From: Malacoraja senta
Lineage: Eukaryota
Reading direction: 5' to 3'
DNA length: 64,000 nt
Assembly: GCA_038087875.1 (NCBI GenBank)
Contig: CM075987.1
Coordinates: forward strand, 23,376,001-23,440,000
Shown piece after piece: positions 51,203 to 62,130 of this stretch (positions are counted from its first letter, which is position 1; each line of letters begins with the position of its first letter). Made by a program: the position numbers and the translations under genes. The notes under the pieces were generated by a model. It was not told the origin of the DNA and did no database searches. It worked only from the letters and a program-made list of their open reading frames with translations.

Positions 51203-51512
51203 GGCAGCACGGTGGCCCAGCGGTAGAGTTGCTGCCTCACAGCGCCAGAGACCCGGGTTCGATCCTGACTACGGGTGCTGTCTGTACGGAGTGTGTACGT
51301 TCTCCCCTTAACCACGTGGGTTTTCCCAGGGTGCTCCGGTTTCCTCCCACATCCCAAAGACGGACAGGTTTGTAGGTTAATTGGCCTCTCTAAAAGATTG
51401 TAAATTGTCCCTAGTGTGTAGGATAGTGTCAGTGTATAGGGATCGCTGGGTAGCACAGACTCGGTGGGCCAAATGGCCTGTTTCTGCACTGTATCTCAAA
51501 ACTAAACTAAGC
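51203..51512 (+). mobile_element. HE1-type V-SINE
   Basis: Full consensus. Confidence 0.9.
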
Positions 51513-52069
51513 TAGTGTCGGAAGGAACTGCAGATGCCGGTTTACACCGAAGATAGACACAAAATGCTGGAGTAACTCAGCAGGTCAGACAGCATCTCTG
51601 GAGAAAAGGACTGGGTGATGTTTTGGGTCGAGTCTGTTCTTCAGAGTGTTTTCAATGCAGAGGAAACTGAATCATCTTGTGACAAGTTACTTGGAATCTG
51701 AGGACAGTCCAGGACGCAACACCCTGGGACTCATCCAGTGGCTGAGCTTGGAGCTGAGGGCGCTGAGCATGTGGAGGGGGCAGAGTGGGAGGGAGAGAAC
51801 TCCTTGGTGAGTGAGGGGGGGGGGGTCTCCTGGGCCTCTGCATCGTTGGGAGAGAAAGGGGAAGAAGTGACACTCCCTGAAGGTGGAGGATGGTCCCTGG
51901 GCTGGGGGGTCTTTAGTGGAGAGGGTCCCACATGGGTACATGGAACCTCCAGCCAAGGGGCAGATGTGATCGTGGAATTTATGAGGCTTTTAGATATATG
52001 CAGGGAATGGAAGGATATGGGAAGAACTTAGTTTATCTTGGCATTATGTCCGGCACAGACATGTTGGGC

Positions 52070-52269
52070 NNNNNNNNNNNNNNNNNNNNNNNNNNNNNNN
52101 NNNNNNNNNNNNNNNNNNNNNNNNNNNNNNNNNNNNNNNNNNNNNNNNNNNNNNNNNNNNNNNNNNNNNNNNNNNNNNNNNNNNNNNNNNNNNNNNNNNN
52201 NNNNNNNNNNNNNNNNNNNNNNNNNNNNNNNNNNNNNNNNNNNNNNNNNNNNNNNNNNNNNNNNNNNNN
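52070..52269. other. Assembly gap (200 N)
   Basis: Run of N. Confidence 1.
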
Positions 52270-52383
52270 GTTGATAAAACTCTGCGCGTCACGCCGCGTC
52301 GCGCCAACGAAATTTTCGGCGACCTGATACGTCAGTCAATGATGCCGGCAGTCGCCGAAAAATCGGCAAGTGCGGCAGGCCCT
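52270..52383. mobile_element. Right end of a subfamily-B Harbinger-like MITE abutting the gap
   Basis: GACCTGATACGTCAGTCAATGATGCCGGCAGTCGCCGAAAAATCGGCAAGTGCGGCAGGCCCT|TAA matches the ends of 32809-35877. Confidence 0.8.
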
Positions 52384-52664
52384 TAAGAAGTTCACCAAAG
52401 AGACCTAGCTTCTGCCTGTCACCCAAGCGACAGCAGCTGCCCTCTCCCCCCTCCGCCTGGCCCCCCCCCCATTGTTCTTTGTGGCCCCGCCAGGTCCCCC
52501 TTCAATCATGTCGTCATGGGTGATGAACCCACGGGGACTCGCTGTGCCACCCCCTTCCCCTCCCGAGGGCCGACTATAAACAGTCACCCTGTGTACTGTG
52601 ACAGAACGCCAGGGGCCTACACTGACACACTCATGGACCCCCTGTAAACACTGACCCCACTCGC

Positions 52665-52961
52665 GGGCGGCAAGGTGGCGGAGGTAGAGTTGCTGCCTCA
52701 TAGAGCCAGAGACCCGGGTGTAATCCTGACTAATGGTGCTGTCTGTACGGCGTTTGTACGTTCTCCCAGTGACCTGCGTGGGTTTCCCCGGGTGCTCCAA
52801 AGACGTACAGGTTTGCAGGCTGATTGGCTGTGTACAATTGTAAATCGTCCCTGTAGCGTGTATAGGATGGCGTTAGCGTGCGGGGATCGCTGGTCAGCGC
52901 AGACTCAGTGGGCCGAAGGTCACGTTTCCGTGCTGTATCTCTAAACTAAACTAAACTAAAC
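52665..52961 (+). mobile_element. HE1-type V-SINE
   Basis: Consensus with internal deletion; (CTAAA)n tail. Confidence 0.86.
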
Positions 52962-53038
52962 TGGCGGGGACCTCTGTGAACACTGGCACACTTGTTTGCC
53001 TGGGACATTATTGGCGTTTGGCCAATCTCACCATTTGG

Positions 53039-53467
53039 AAACATAGAATCATAGAAAATAGGTGCAGGAGGAGGCCATTCGGCCCTTCGAGCCAGCACCG
53101 CCATTCATTGCGATCATGGCTGATCATCCCCTATCAATAACCCGTGCCTGCCTTCTCCCCAAATCCCTTGACTCCACTAGCCCCTAGAGCTCTATCTAAC
53201 TCTCTCTTAAATCCATCCAGTGACTTGGCCTCCACTGCCCTCTGTGGCAGGGAATTCCATAAATTCACAACTCTCTGGGTGAAAAGGTTTTTCTCACCTC
53301 AGTCTTAAATGACCTCCCCTTTATTCTAAGACTGTGGCCCCTGGTTCTGGACTCGCCCAACATTGGGAACATTTTTCCTGCATCTAGCCTTGTCCAGTCC
53401 TTTTATAATTTTATATGTTTCTATAAGATTCTGCCCCTCATCCTTCTAATCCTTCTAAACTCCAGTG
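53039..53467 (-). mobile_element. HER1/CR1 LINE 3' end
   Basis: Reverse CR1 3' consensus with CATAGAAA tail. Confidence 0.9.
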
Positions 53468-54454
53468 ATGGATGCAGTAACACAGCGAAGAGTGCATGCA
53501 GGTTAACGCTGGCAAGCTTGAACTGACTCTAGCTGCGCGGGTTCCTGTTGCAGAGTCCTCGGCCCTCGTCTAGCCAGGCTGGTTTCCTTGGCCTTGTCTA
53601 GCCAGGCGGGCTGAGGTGAGGATGGCTCGCTGCGCCCTGTGTGGGAGGGAGGCCCGGGTCTCTGGGGGAAACCTCGCCTGATGCATGCGCCGGGCGTAAC
53701 TCACCCTTCCATCATGCTCTGGCAACTCGAGTGAGTTGTCGATGTTCCAAGACTATCACACCTGATGATGCAACCTGCCAGGCATCTAACCACCAGAGCC
53801 ACAGGCCCGTTTATGCACCACTCTCAGTTCAGGCACCACTCTTGGCCGGGAACACCGCTCGCTTAGGAGATTTTTTTGTCTCGCACTTATTAAAAATCCA
53901 GACATTTCTCAAACTTACCTAAACCTCTCTTCACCAGCAACAAATATTTTCAAAGATATGGATGGTTTAAAGCACAATATGTTGATTTTCTTTGACAGCT
54001 GATTTGGCTTTTCCCACGTTTTCCAAGCACGGTTTCTGAGGGAGGGTCTGACCACATTTGGATGGGGGTTCATTTGACAGGTTTTCAATTGAATCTCTGG
54101 GGTTCTTGCACAGTGCTGTTCCCCATCTGTTTCCACACCAGGCGAATGCGTTTGTTACTTAAAATGCCCGTTTACTGTGAGATTCTGAGCTCTTCATCCT
54201 TCTTCCTTTCGCCCGTCCCTCCCTTCTCCCCGACAGCCTTTGACTATTTCTTGCTCCCGGTCGATCCTCTCCCAGCCCTCTTGTCATCTGCTCTGCCCGT
54301 CCCCGATTCCTTGTGTAGGGAGGAAGTGCAGATGTTGGTTTTAACCGAAAATAGACGCAAAATGCTGGAGTAACTCAGCGGGACAGGCAGCATCTCTGGA
54401 GAAAATAATTGGAATCGGTGACGTTTTGGTTGAGGCCCTTCTTCAGACATACCC

Positions 54455-54840
54455 CTTCAAATTTGACCAATTCATGACGAGTTGGTCTCCATTTGTCGTC
54501 TTTTTGGAAAACATATGGTGCAAAACAGGTGTAAAAGCTAATCCGTGACTGCGGATGGTCAAGATTATAAATGATCTCCTATTTTCTTTTCTTCTCTTCT
54601 CTTCTTTTATTCTCTTTCTTCTATTTTCTATGTCTCAACTTTCTTTTTTCATTCTTTATTTTTCTTTTTCACACACTATATATCTCACGTTTTTCTATTT
54701 TTCATTATCTAACTTTTTTCTTTTTCTTCTTTATTTCAAATTTTTTTAATAATAAGAAGCTGTACATAAAAGGTATTATGAAAATATGATTGTATACAAT
54801 TGTACTTCTAATAAAATAAAAATATTAAAAAAAAAAAAAA
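54455..54840 (+). mobile_element. L1-like LINE 3' end with poly(A)
   Basis: KFDQFMTSWSPFVVFLE.., T-rich UTR, AATAAA and poly(A); AGACATACCC duplicated at both ends. Confidence 0.72.
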
Positions 54841-54951
54841 GACATACCCTCTTCCTATTCTCTTTCCTCCATTAGATTCTCTCTCCTTCTCCTGCCCTGC
54901 AGCTCTCCTAACTATCTCCTCCTGCTCGCTGTGCACATCCCATTCCCTCGT

Positions 54952-54963
54952 TTTTTCTCTCTC

Positions 54964-55000
<37 letters not shown>

Positions 55001-56224
55001 CCTCTCCCCTCTCCCCTCTCTCCTCTCCCCTCTTCCCTTTCTCTTCTTCCTCTCTCCCCTTTCCCCTCCCCCTCCCCTCTCCCCCTCTCCCCTCTCCCCT
55101 CTCCCCTCTCCCCTCTCCCCCTCTCCCCTCTCCCTCTTCCCTCCCCCTTCCCTTCTCTCTCCCCTCTCCCCTCTCCCCTCTCCCCTCTCCCCTCTCCCCT
55201 CTCCCCTCTCCCCTCTCCCCCTCTCCCTCTCACCTCTCCCCTCTCCCCTTTCCCCTCTCCCCTCTTCCTTTCCCTTCTCCTCTCTCCCTCTCCCTTTCCC
55301 TCTCCCCTCTCCTCTTCCCTCTCTCCTCTCCCTCTCCCCTCTCCCCTCTCCCTCTCCCTCTCCCCTCTCCCCTCTCCCCTCTCCCCTCTCCCCTCTCCCC
55401 TCTCCCTCTCCCCTCTCTCCTCTCCCCTCTCCCTCTCCCCCTCTCCCCCTCTCCCCCTCTCCCCCTCTCCCCTCTCCCTCTCCCCTCTCTCCTCTCCCCT
55501 CCCCCTTTCCCTTCTCCTCTCTCCCCTCTCCCTCTCCCCTCTCCCTCTCCCCTCTCCCCTCTCCCCTCTCCCTCTCCCCTCTCCCCTCTCCCCTCTCCCT
55601 CTCCCCTCTCTCCTCTCCCCTCTCCCTCTCCCTCTCCCTCTCCCCTCTCCCCTCTCCCCCTCTCCCCCTCTCCCCTCTCCCCTCTCCCCTCTCCCCTCCC
55701 TCTCCCTCTCCCCTCTCCCCTCTCCCCTCTCCCCTCTCCCCTCTCCCTCTCCCTCTCTCCCTCTCTCCCTCTCCCTCTCCCCTCTCCCCTCTCCCCCTCC
55801 CCCTCTCCCCTCTCCCCTCTCCCTCTCCCTCTCCCTCTCCCCCTCTCCTCCCCTCTCCCTCTCCCCCTCTCCCCCTCTCCCCTCTCCCCTCTCCCTCTCC
55901 CCTCTCCCCTCTCCCCTCTCCCCTCTCCCCTCTCCCCTCTCCCTCTCCCTCTCCCTCTCCCCCTCTCCCTCTCCCCTCTCCCCTCTCCCTCTCTCCTCTC
56001 CCTCTCCCTCTCCCTCTCCCCTCTCCCCCTCTCCCCTCTCCCCTCTCCCTCTCCCTCTCCCTCTCCCCTCCCCCCTTTCCCTTCTCCTCTCTCCCCTCTC
56101 CCCTCTCCCCTCTCCCCTCTCCCTCTCCCCTCTCCCCTCTCCCTCTCCCTCTCCCCTCTCCCCTCTCCCCCTCTCCCCCTCTCCCCTCTCCCCTCTCCCC
56201 TCTCCCCCTCTCCCCTCTCCTTCT
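54952..56224. repeat. Polypyrimidine/polypurine tract (CCCTCT / CCCCTCT)n
   Basis: About 1.27 kb almost purely C/T on the + strand. Confidence 0.98.
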
Positions 56225-56504
56225 TTCTGCCCTCTGCCCATTCTTTCTACCCCTTCACACTCTCCACCCACCTGGGTAGAAATGTCAAAGACCAGAGGTC
56301 ACAGCTTTCGGCCATAAGGGTCAAAGTTTAAAGGAGGTGTGTGGGGCAAGTTAGTTTTACACAGAGGGTAGTGGATGCGTGGAACCTCCTGCCAGGGGTG
56401 GTGGTGGAGGCAGGTACGGTAGGTGGCATACGGGATGTGTTTAAATAGGCACGTGGCTCTGTAGGGAATCGTGATATTTGTGTCATGTGCGGACATAGGA
56501 GATT

Positions 56505-56792
56505 AGTTTTAGTTTTTTAGAGATACAGCGTGGAAACTGGCCCTTCAGCCCACCGAGACCACGCCAACCAGCGATCACCCATACACTAGTTCTATCCTAC
56601 ACACCAGAGACAATTAACCTACAAACCTGCCTGTATTTGGAATGTGGGAGGAAACCAGAGCACCTGGAGAAAACCCACGCGGTCACGGGGCGAATGTACA
56701 AACTCCGTACAGACAGCACCCGTAGTCAGGATCGAACCCGGGTCTCTGGGGCTGGGAAGCAGCAACTCTACCACTCCGCCACCGTGCCGCCC
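56505..56792 (-). mobile_element. HE1-type V-SINE
   Basis: Reverse SINE consensus. Confidence 0.88.
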
Positions 56793-57801
56793 TGTACTTG
56801 GCTCTCTATTAGTGTCCTTGGTATCACGTGTAGGAAAGAACTGCAGATGCTGGTTTAAATCGAAGATAGACACAAAGTGCTGGAATAACTTCAGCGGTCA
56901 GGCAGCCATTCTCTGGAGCCATTTCTTTTTTCCAAAGATGCTGCCTGTCCCGATGAGTTATTCCAGCACTTTGTGTCTGGCTTGGCATCATAGTCGGCAT
57001 GGACATTGTGGGCCGAATGGCCCTTTCCTGTGCTGAACTGTTCCATGTTCTGTGTTCTGTGTTCCGCTCTCCATCTCCCCGTCAGCTTTCCCATGCTGGT
57101 AATTGTTTGGCCGTTCACACGGGGACTGATTGCTTTGTTCCTTGTGTGTCTCAACACAGAGGCACAGATGAAACTGGGATGGATGGATTAGCATGAAGTA
57201 TTATTCTGAAGGGAACTCTGGAAAAGAACCAGCATTTGACGATTCCGCCCCCGGGTTTAACCAGCGAGCCACGTCAGCAAGGCAACGGTTTACATCAAGA
57301 TTGGGCTCTTGGCCAAATAGCCAGCACTCCCACGGTGGGGGGGTCACACTGGAGAATGAGGGAGGGAGCAGTGTGGACCAGAGCTTCTCTCCACTGCACT
57401 AGAGGCAGCAGGGACTGGAGTGCGTCGATGAGGCAGAGATGAGGGTCGGATGTTGGGGCATGTTTTTGGCCGCAGCTGTAGCCGCGATCCTGCTTCGACT
57501 TGCTGGGCCCGTGTTCACAGCTCGGTGCAGCTCGCCTGAATGAGACGTTGATAAGCTGCAGCTGCTGCTGCACGGCATTAGTGTGTGTGTGAAGCTCATG
57601 GTCATGTCACCATCGACCCGGGGGGGGGGGGTTCCCGTTACAAGAGGGTGCGTCAGCGTAAATCCCTGTTGTCGCGCGGGATGCTGGGGGAGGGGGAGGA
57701 AACGCTGACATAACGTGGGGTGTGTGACGGGGGGAGGGGGGAAGAGAGCATGGGACTAACACTAGTTAAAGCGCATCACTCCGTCAGTACTGTCCCTCTG
57801 A

Positions 57802-58040
57802 AGGGCCTGTCCCACTTTCACGACCTAATTCACGACCTCCACCGAGTTTACCCTTGACTCGTACTCGCAGCATGGCCGTCACGAGGTCGTAGGTAGGTCG
57901 TAGGTAGATCGTAGCGGGTCGTGATGCTAGTCGTAGGTACTCGTGGCATCAAGTAGGTCGGGCGTTTTTCCTAGCCTGATGAAAAATGTCCACGAGTAAA
58001 AAAGGTGGTGAATTAGGTGGTGAAAGTGGGGACAGGCCCT
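57802..58040. mobile_element. PIF/Harbinger-like MITE, subfamily C, opposite orientation to 47870-48092
   Basis: Same TIR; TGA TSD at 57799-57801 and 58041-58043. Removal restores the Deu-like repeat CAGTACTGTCCCTCTGACAGCGCGGCACTCCCTCAG. Confidence 0.85.
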
Positions 58041-58847
58041 TGACAGCGCGGCACTCCCTCAGTGCTGCCCCTCTGAGAATGAAGGGTCTCTCGGTACTCT
58101 CAATATTGCATCCCCCAATGATCCAGCTCTCCCTCCAGCAGTGAATGTTGCGCTCCCTCGATACCACCTCTCCAACGACGACATCCAGCACGGACTCGTC
58201 GTGCTGGAGTGGAGACTCTGTAAACGGACTGGAACCCACTCCAGGGGCAGTGGCGCTGAGTCCATGTGAGGAGGCGGCCAAAGGTGGAATTGGAGAAGTG
58301 GCTCTCTAGCGCCTCACAGGGGGCCGAATGCGCAACGGCAGCTGCAAGCCACTGCAGGCCTCAGCTGCGGGAGGGTGACAGCTCAGGGGAGCTGAAGGGG
58401 TTTGGAGAAAAAGCTTTTTTTGGAAAGGTTTCAAACACGGGAAGGATTTGGCCACTTTCCTCTCTGCGTCCCTGTACACCTCTTGTTTATTCATCTTTCA
58501 TCGTGAGGTTAGGGTTGGTTTAAACAACCTTCACTTGCTGATCTTACTGCAATGTTGATGTTTGACTTCATTTATCGGGAAACCGCCTTCTTCAAGATCA
58601 CTGGATGGGCTCTGATACAACAACAGCGACCTCTTGCATTTACGTAGCATCTTAAAGGAGCGCTTCACGATGCATTTTCCGACAAAGGTCGACAGAAAAT
58701 GAAACTTTTTGATAAACTGCAGAAGGTCCAAAATAATAAGAAACTGGTGTAAACAGCCAGCTGGTCGGGCAGCATCCGTGGGGAACGAAAACAGAGTTAA
58801 TGTTTCTGGTTAGGCTCTTTGTAAAACAGAATGGTGAACTTAACTTG

Positions 58848-59008
58848 TGTAGGAAGGAACTGCAGATGCTGGTTTAAACCGAAGACAGACACAAAAAGCT
58901 GGAGTAACTCAGCGGGACAGGCAGCATCTCTGGAGAGAAGGAATGGGTGACGTTTCGGGTCGAGACCCTTCTTCAGACTGAGTTACTCCAGCTTCTTGTG
59001 TCTATCTT
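58848..59008. mobile_element. Penelope-derived element with intact hammerhead-like core and TSD
   Basis: Core on minus strand at 58949-58976; TGGTGAACTT(A/G)ACTTG duplicated at 58832-58847 and 59009-59024. Confidence 0.8.
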
Positions 59009-59343
59009 TGGTGAACTTGACTTGCTCTTTTAGGAATTAGATTAGAAAACATGCAAAGGATGTTCGACGTTTTGGGAATGCCTTTACATAAATAGCAATT
59101 GCTCCTTTTCACTCTGAGACCGAGACATATTTTGTAAGTAAAGCTGTGAAGGATCTGGAGGAGTGTTTGGCTCCTGGAATTAGGCCAAAGTGCAACCGTG
59201 ATCTCTTTGAATGACAGGACAGGAATCTCGGGCTAGAAATTGCCTCGTCTTGTTCAACAGGAAATTGATTGCTGACTTGTGATGGGAAGTTGGCCGTGTT
59301 TTGGAAGTTCTGCCGTTGATTATAATCTGCCTTCTTCTTACAG

Positions 59344-59477
59344 GGGGATGTCCAGCAATTTTTGATCATCGCGGACCACAGAGCGGCCTATGACTACTGC
59401 GACCACTACAGCCCCGACTGTGACAGCCACTCCCCGAAACGCCACAGAATCAAGATCCCGACACACATGACTATGAT
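59344..59477 (+). CDS. COL5A1: Collagen alpha-1(V)-like exon (equivalent to exon 5; end of TSPN domain), apparent 1-nt deletion
   Basis: Acceptor ttcttcttacAG and donor |GTGAGT. Reads [28 protein letters not shown] and, after a shift near 59428, [16 protein letters not shown]. Compare COL5A1 [36 protein letters not shown]. Confidence 0.9.
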
Positions 59478-59539
59478 GTGAGTACCTCCCCGATAGATAA
59501 GGTACTGCAGATGGGGGAGGGGAGGGGGATCGCAAACGG

Positions 59540-59892
59540 GAGGCAGGAAACATGTTCCCGATGTTGGGGGAGTCCAGAACCAGGGCCACACAGTTTAAGA
59601 ATAAGGAGTAAGCCATTTAGAACGGAGACGAGGAAACACTTTTTCTCACAGAGAGTGGTGAGTCTGTGGAATTCTCTGCCTCAGAGGGCGGTGGAGGCAG
59701 GTTCTCTGGATGCTTTCAAGAGAGAGCTAGATAGGGCTCTTAAAAATAGTAGACTCAGGGGATATGGGGAGAAGGCAGGAACGGGGTACTGATTGGGGAT
59801 GATCAGCCATGATCACATTGAATGGCGGTGCTGGCTCGAAGGGTCAAATGGCCTACTCCTGCACCTATTGTCTCTTGTCTATTGTCTATTGT
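59540..59892 (+). mobile_element. HER1/CR1 LINE 3' end
   Basis: FFSQRVVSLWNSLPQRAVEAGSLDAFKRELDRAL; (TATTGTC)n tail. Confidence 0.9.
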
Positions 59893-59967
59893 AAATGCAG
59901 GCTGATAGCCAGCAGGTCAGGCAGCATCTGTGGGGAAAGAAACTGGCTGATCACCTATGATCACCAT

Positions 59968-60320
59968 AGAGTGGATGTGGAGAGGATGTTTCCACTAGTG
60001 GGAGAGTCTAGGACTAGAGGTCACAGCCTCAGAATTAAAGGACGTTCTTTTAGGAAGGAGATCTGGAGAAATGTATTCAGTCAGAGGGTATTCTTTAGTC
60101 AGATCTGTGGAATTCAGTGAATCTACGCCAAGTCGGTGGATGTTTTTAAGGCAGAGATAGATAGATAGATTCTTGATTAGTGCGGGTGTCAGAGGTTATG
60201 AGGAGAAGGCAGGAGAATGGGGTTAGGAGGGAGAGATAGATCAGCCATGATTGAATGGCAGAGTAGACTTGATGGGCCGAATGGCCTAATTCTACTCCTA
60301 TTCTTTATGACCTTGTGACC
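59968..60320 (+). mobile_element. CR1 LINE 3' end
   Basis: RVDVERMFPLVGESRTRGHSLRIKG. Confidence 0.87.
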
Positions 60321-60667
60321 TTTTAAGTACATCTGACCTTGAGCTGAAGTTGTTGGCCTTACACTGGGGTCTTGACTTCCCCTGTGACTTCAGACGAACA
60401 TTCACCACTATCACACTTAGTAACTCTGGCTTGGAGATTGGAGGCAACTGAGGAGGGTGGTGGGGGGGGGGGGAGGGGGGAGGGGGGTGGAGGGGGGGGG
60501 GGGTGGAAATAGGGCAGGATTCCTACTCCTGATGTACTCTCCAGTATTCAGGGCTGCTATGCTAAGTGTCAGATGCAGAGTAAAATTCCCTCTGCCATGT
60601 CCCATCAAACACTTCTCACGTGTATTAAAAAGGAACTGCAGATGCTGGTTTAGCAATTATTTTGTCG

Positions 60668-60897
60668 CTTAGTTGAGAGATACAGCGCGTAAACAGGCCC
60701 TTCGGCCCACCGGGTCCGCGCCAACCAGCGACCACTGCACACTAACACTATCCTACACACACTAAAGACATTTTTTTACATTTACCAAAACCAATTAACC
60801 TACAAACCTGCACGTCTTTGGAGTGTGGGAGGACACCGAAGATCTCGGAGAAAACCCACGCAGGTCACGGGGAGAACGTGCAAACTCCGTACAGACA
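60668..60897 (-). mobile_element. HE1-type V-SINE, 5' truncated
   Basis: Reverse SINE consensus. Confidence 0.85.
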
Positions 60898-61980
60898 GAG
60901 GGAGTGAGAGAGAGAGAGAGAGGGAGAGAGAGAGAGGGGGAGGGGGAGGGGGAGGGGGAGGGGGAGGGAGGGACCTCTCGGTGACCCCGCCACGTGGAAT
61001 GGTCACGGTTCGGGGTCGACTGGTTCGGGGTCGGTGCATGAGGAGAGGGGACGCGTGAGCAAATGTCCGGAGCCGTTCCTCACTTCCTGTCAGCCTCCTC
61101 TCATTCCCAAGTACACTGAAAGTCCTCAAAAGAAATTCCTCTCGTGATTTTGTTCTCCTCGACAAAAGCTCACCCCTCATCCTCCTGCGCTCCCAGTTAA
61201 TAGAGCCCCTAGCGTGCTGGACCTCCTCCCTCTATGTCAGAGAAAGTTAGCCCCGTTGAATCCCACAAACTAATCTGCCATTTTGATAGTTTTTGTTAGT
61301 TTTAGAAATACAGCGCGGAACCGTCCCCTTCAGCACGAGGCCATCCATCGCCCGTTCACACGGGTCCCGCGTTATCCCATTTCCTCGTCCACTCCTTGTA
61401 CATTAGGGGCAATGTTAATTAACCGAGGACAATTGACCTACATGGGAGGAAGCCAGCGCACCCGGGGAAAGCCCACGTGGTCACGGGGAGAACATGCAAA
61501 CTCCACACAGCCAGCACCCGAGGTCAGGATCAAACCAGGGTCTCTGGCGCTCTGATTCATGTTTGCCCCCTTCTTCACCCTCTACCCTGTTGACGTACAC
61601 AGCGATGGGGCTTGGAAATATGTATGTGTACGTCTGGGTTAGGGTGGTTATTGCTTTGGTTTGAGAACAGCTGAAGAGGAACGATTGACTCTGAAGGTTT
61701 TAACAACGTGGGAAGGCATGACGTGGGTGCGTGATGAGCCCAAGCTGGGCTTGTGCGGGAGGGCAGTCTGTTTGGCTTTTGATCGTCTGCCCTTGCCTTC
61801 CACTCTCCCATTTTCAGTTCTCTCTCCCTTCTCCCCAGTCTACTGCCCTCCCTTCTGCCCTCTCGCTTCCCTTCTTTCCCAAGCTGGTCAGCCCCAGAGT
61901 ATGTAGAGGCCGAGCTGCCGGCCCACAACCCCCACAACCACCAGGATTGCTCAGCAGCCCTGTGCTTGCTTTGTTTCCAG

Positions 61981-62130
61981 CCCACCGCGGACTCTTACTA
62001 TTACGAGTACCCTTACTACGAAGATATCAACGATGACAAGAACAAAGAGGGTGAATACAGTGTGGAGGAGGTGGAGACAGACTTCAGTTCACAGATCACA
62101 GGCCCCATCACCGCCGTACCAGACCAACAG
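61981..62130 (+). CDS. COL5A1: Collagen alpha-1(V)-like exon (equivalent to exon 6; acidic Tyr-rich variable region)
   Basis: Acceptor ttgtttccAG and donor CAG|GTAAGC; 150 bp, phase 0-0. PTADSYYYEYPYYEDINDDKNKEGEYSVEEVETDFSSQITGPITAVPDQQ contains the YYYEYPYYED motif of COL5A1. Confidence 0.88.

Noticed and set aside
53990..54040. Acceptor-like ttgacAG followed by DLAFPTFS
   Set aside because: Stop codon within 13 codons and no TSPN similarity beyond AFP.
54931..56331. 466-aa PLS-rich and 435-aa GER-rich ORFs; GER repeats look collagen-like
   Set aside because: Artefact of the C/T tract; no sustained Gly-X-Y phase, and the GER frame is antisense to the collagen gene.
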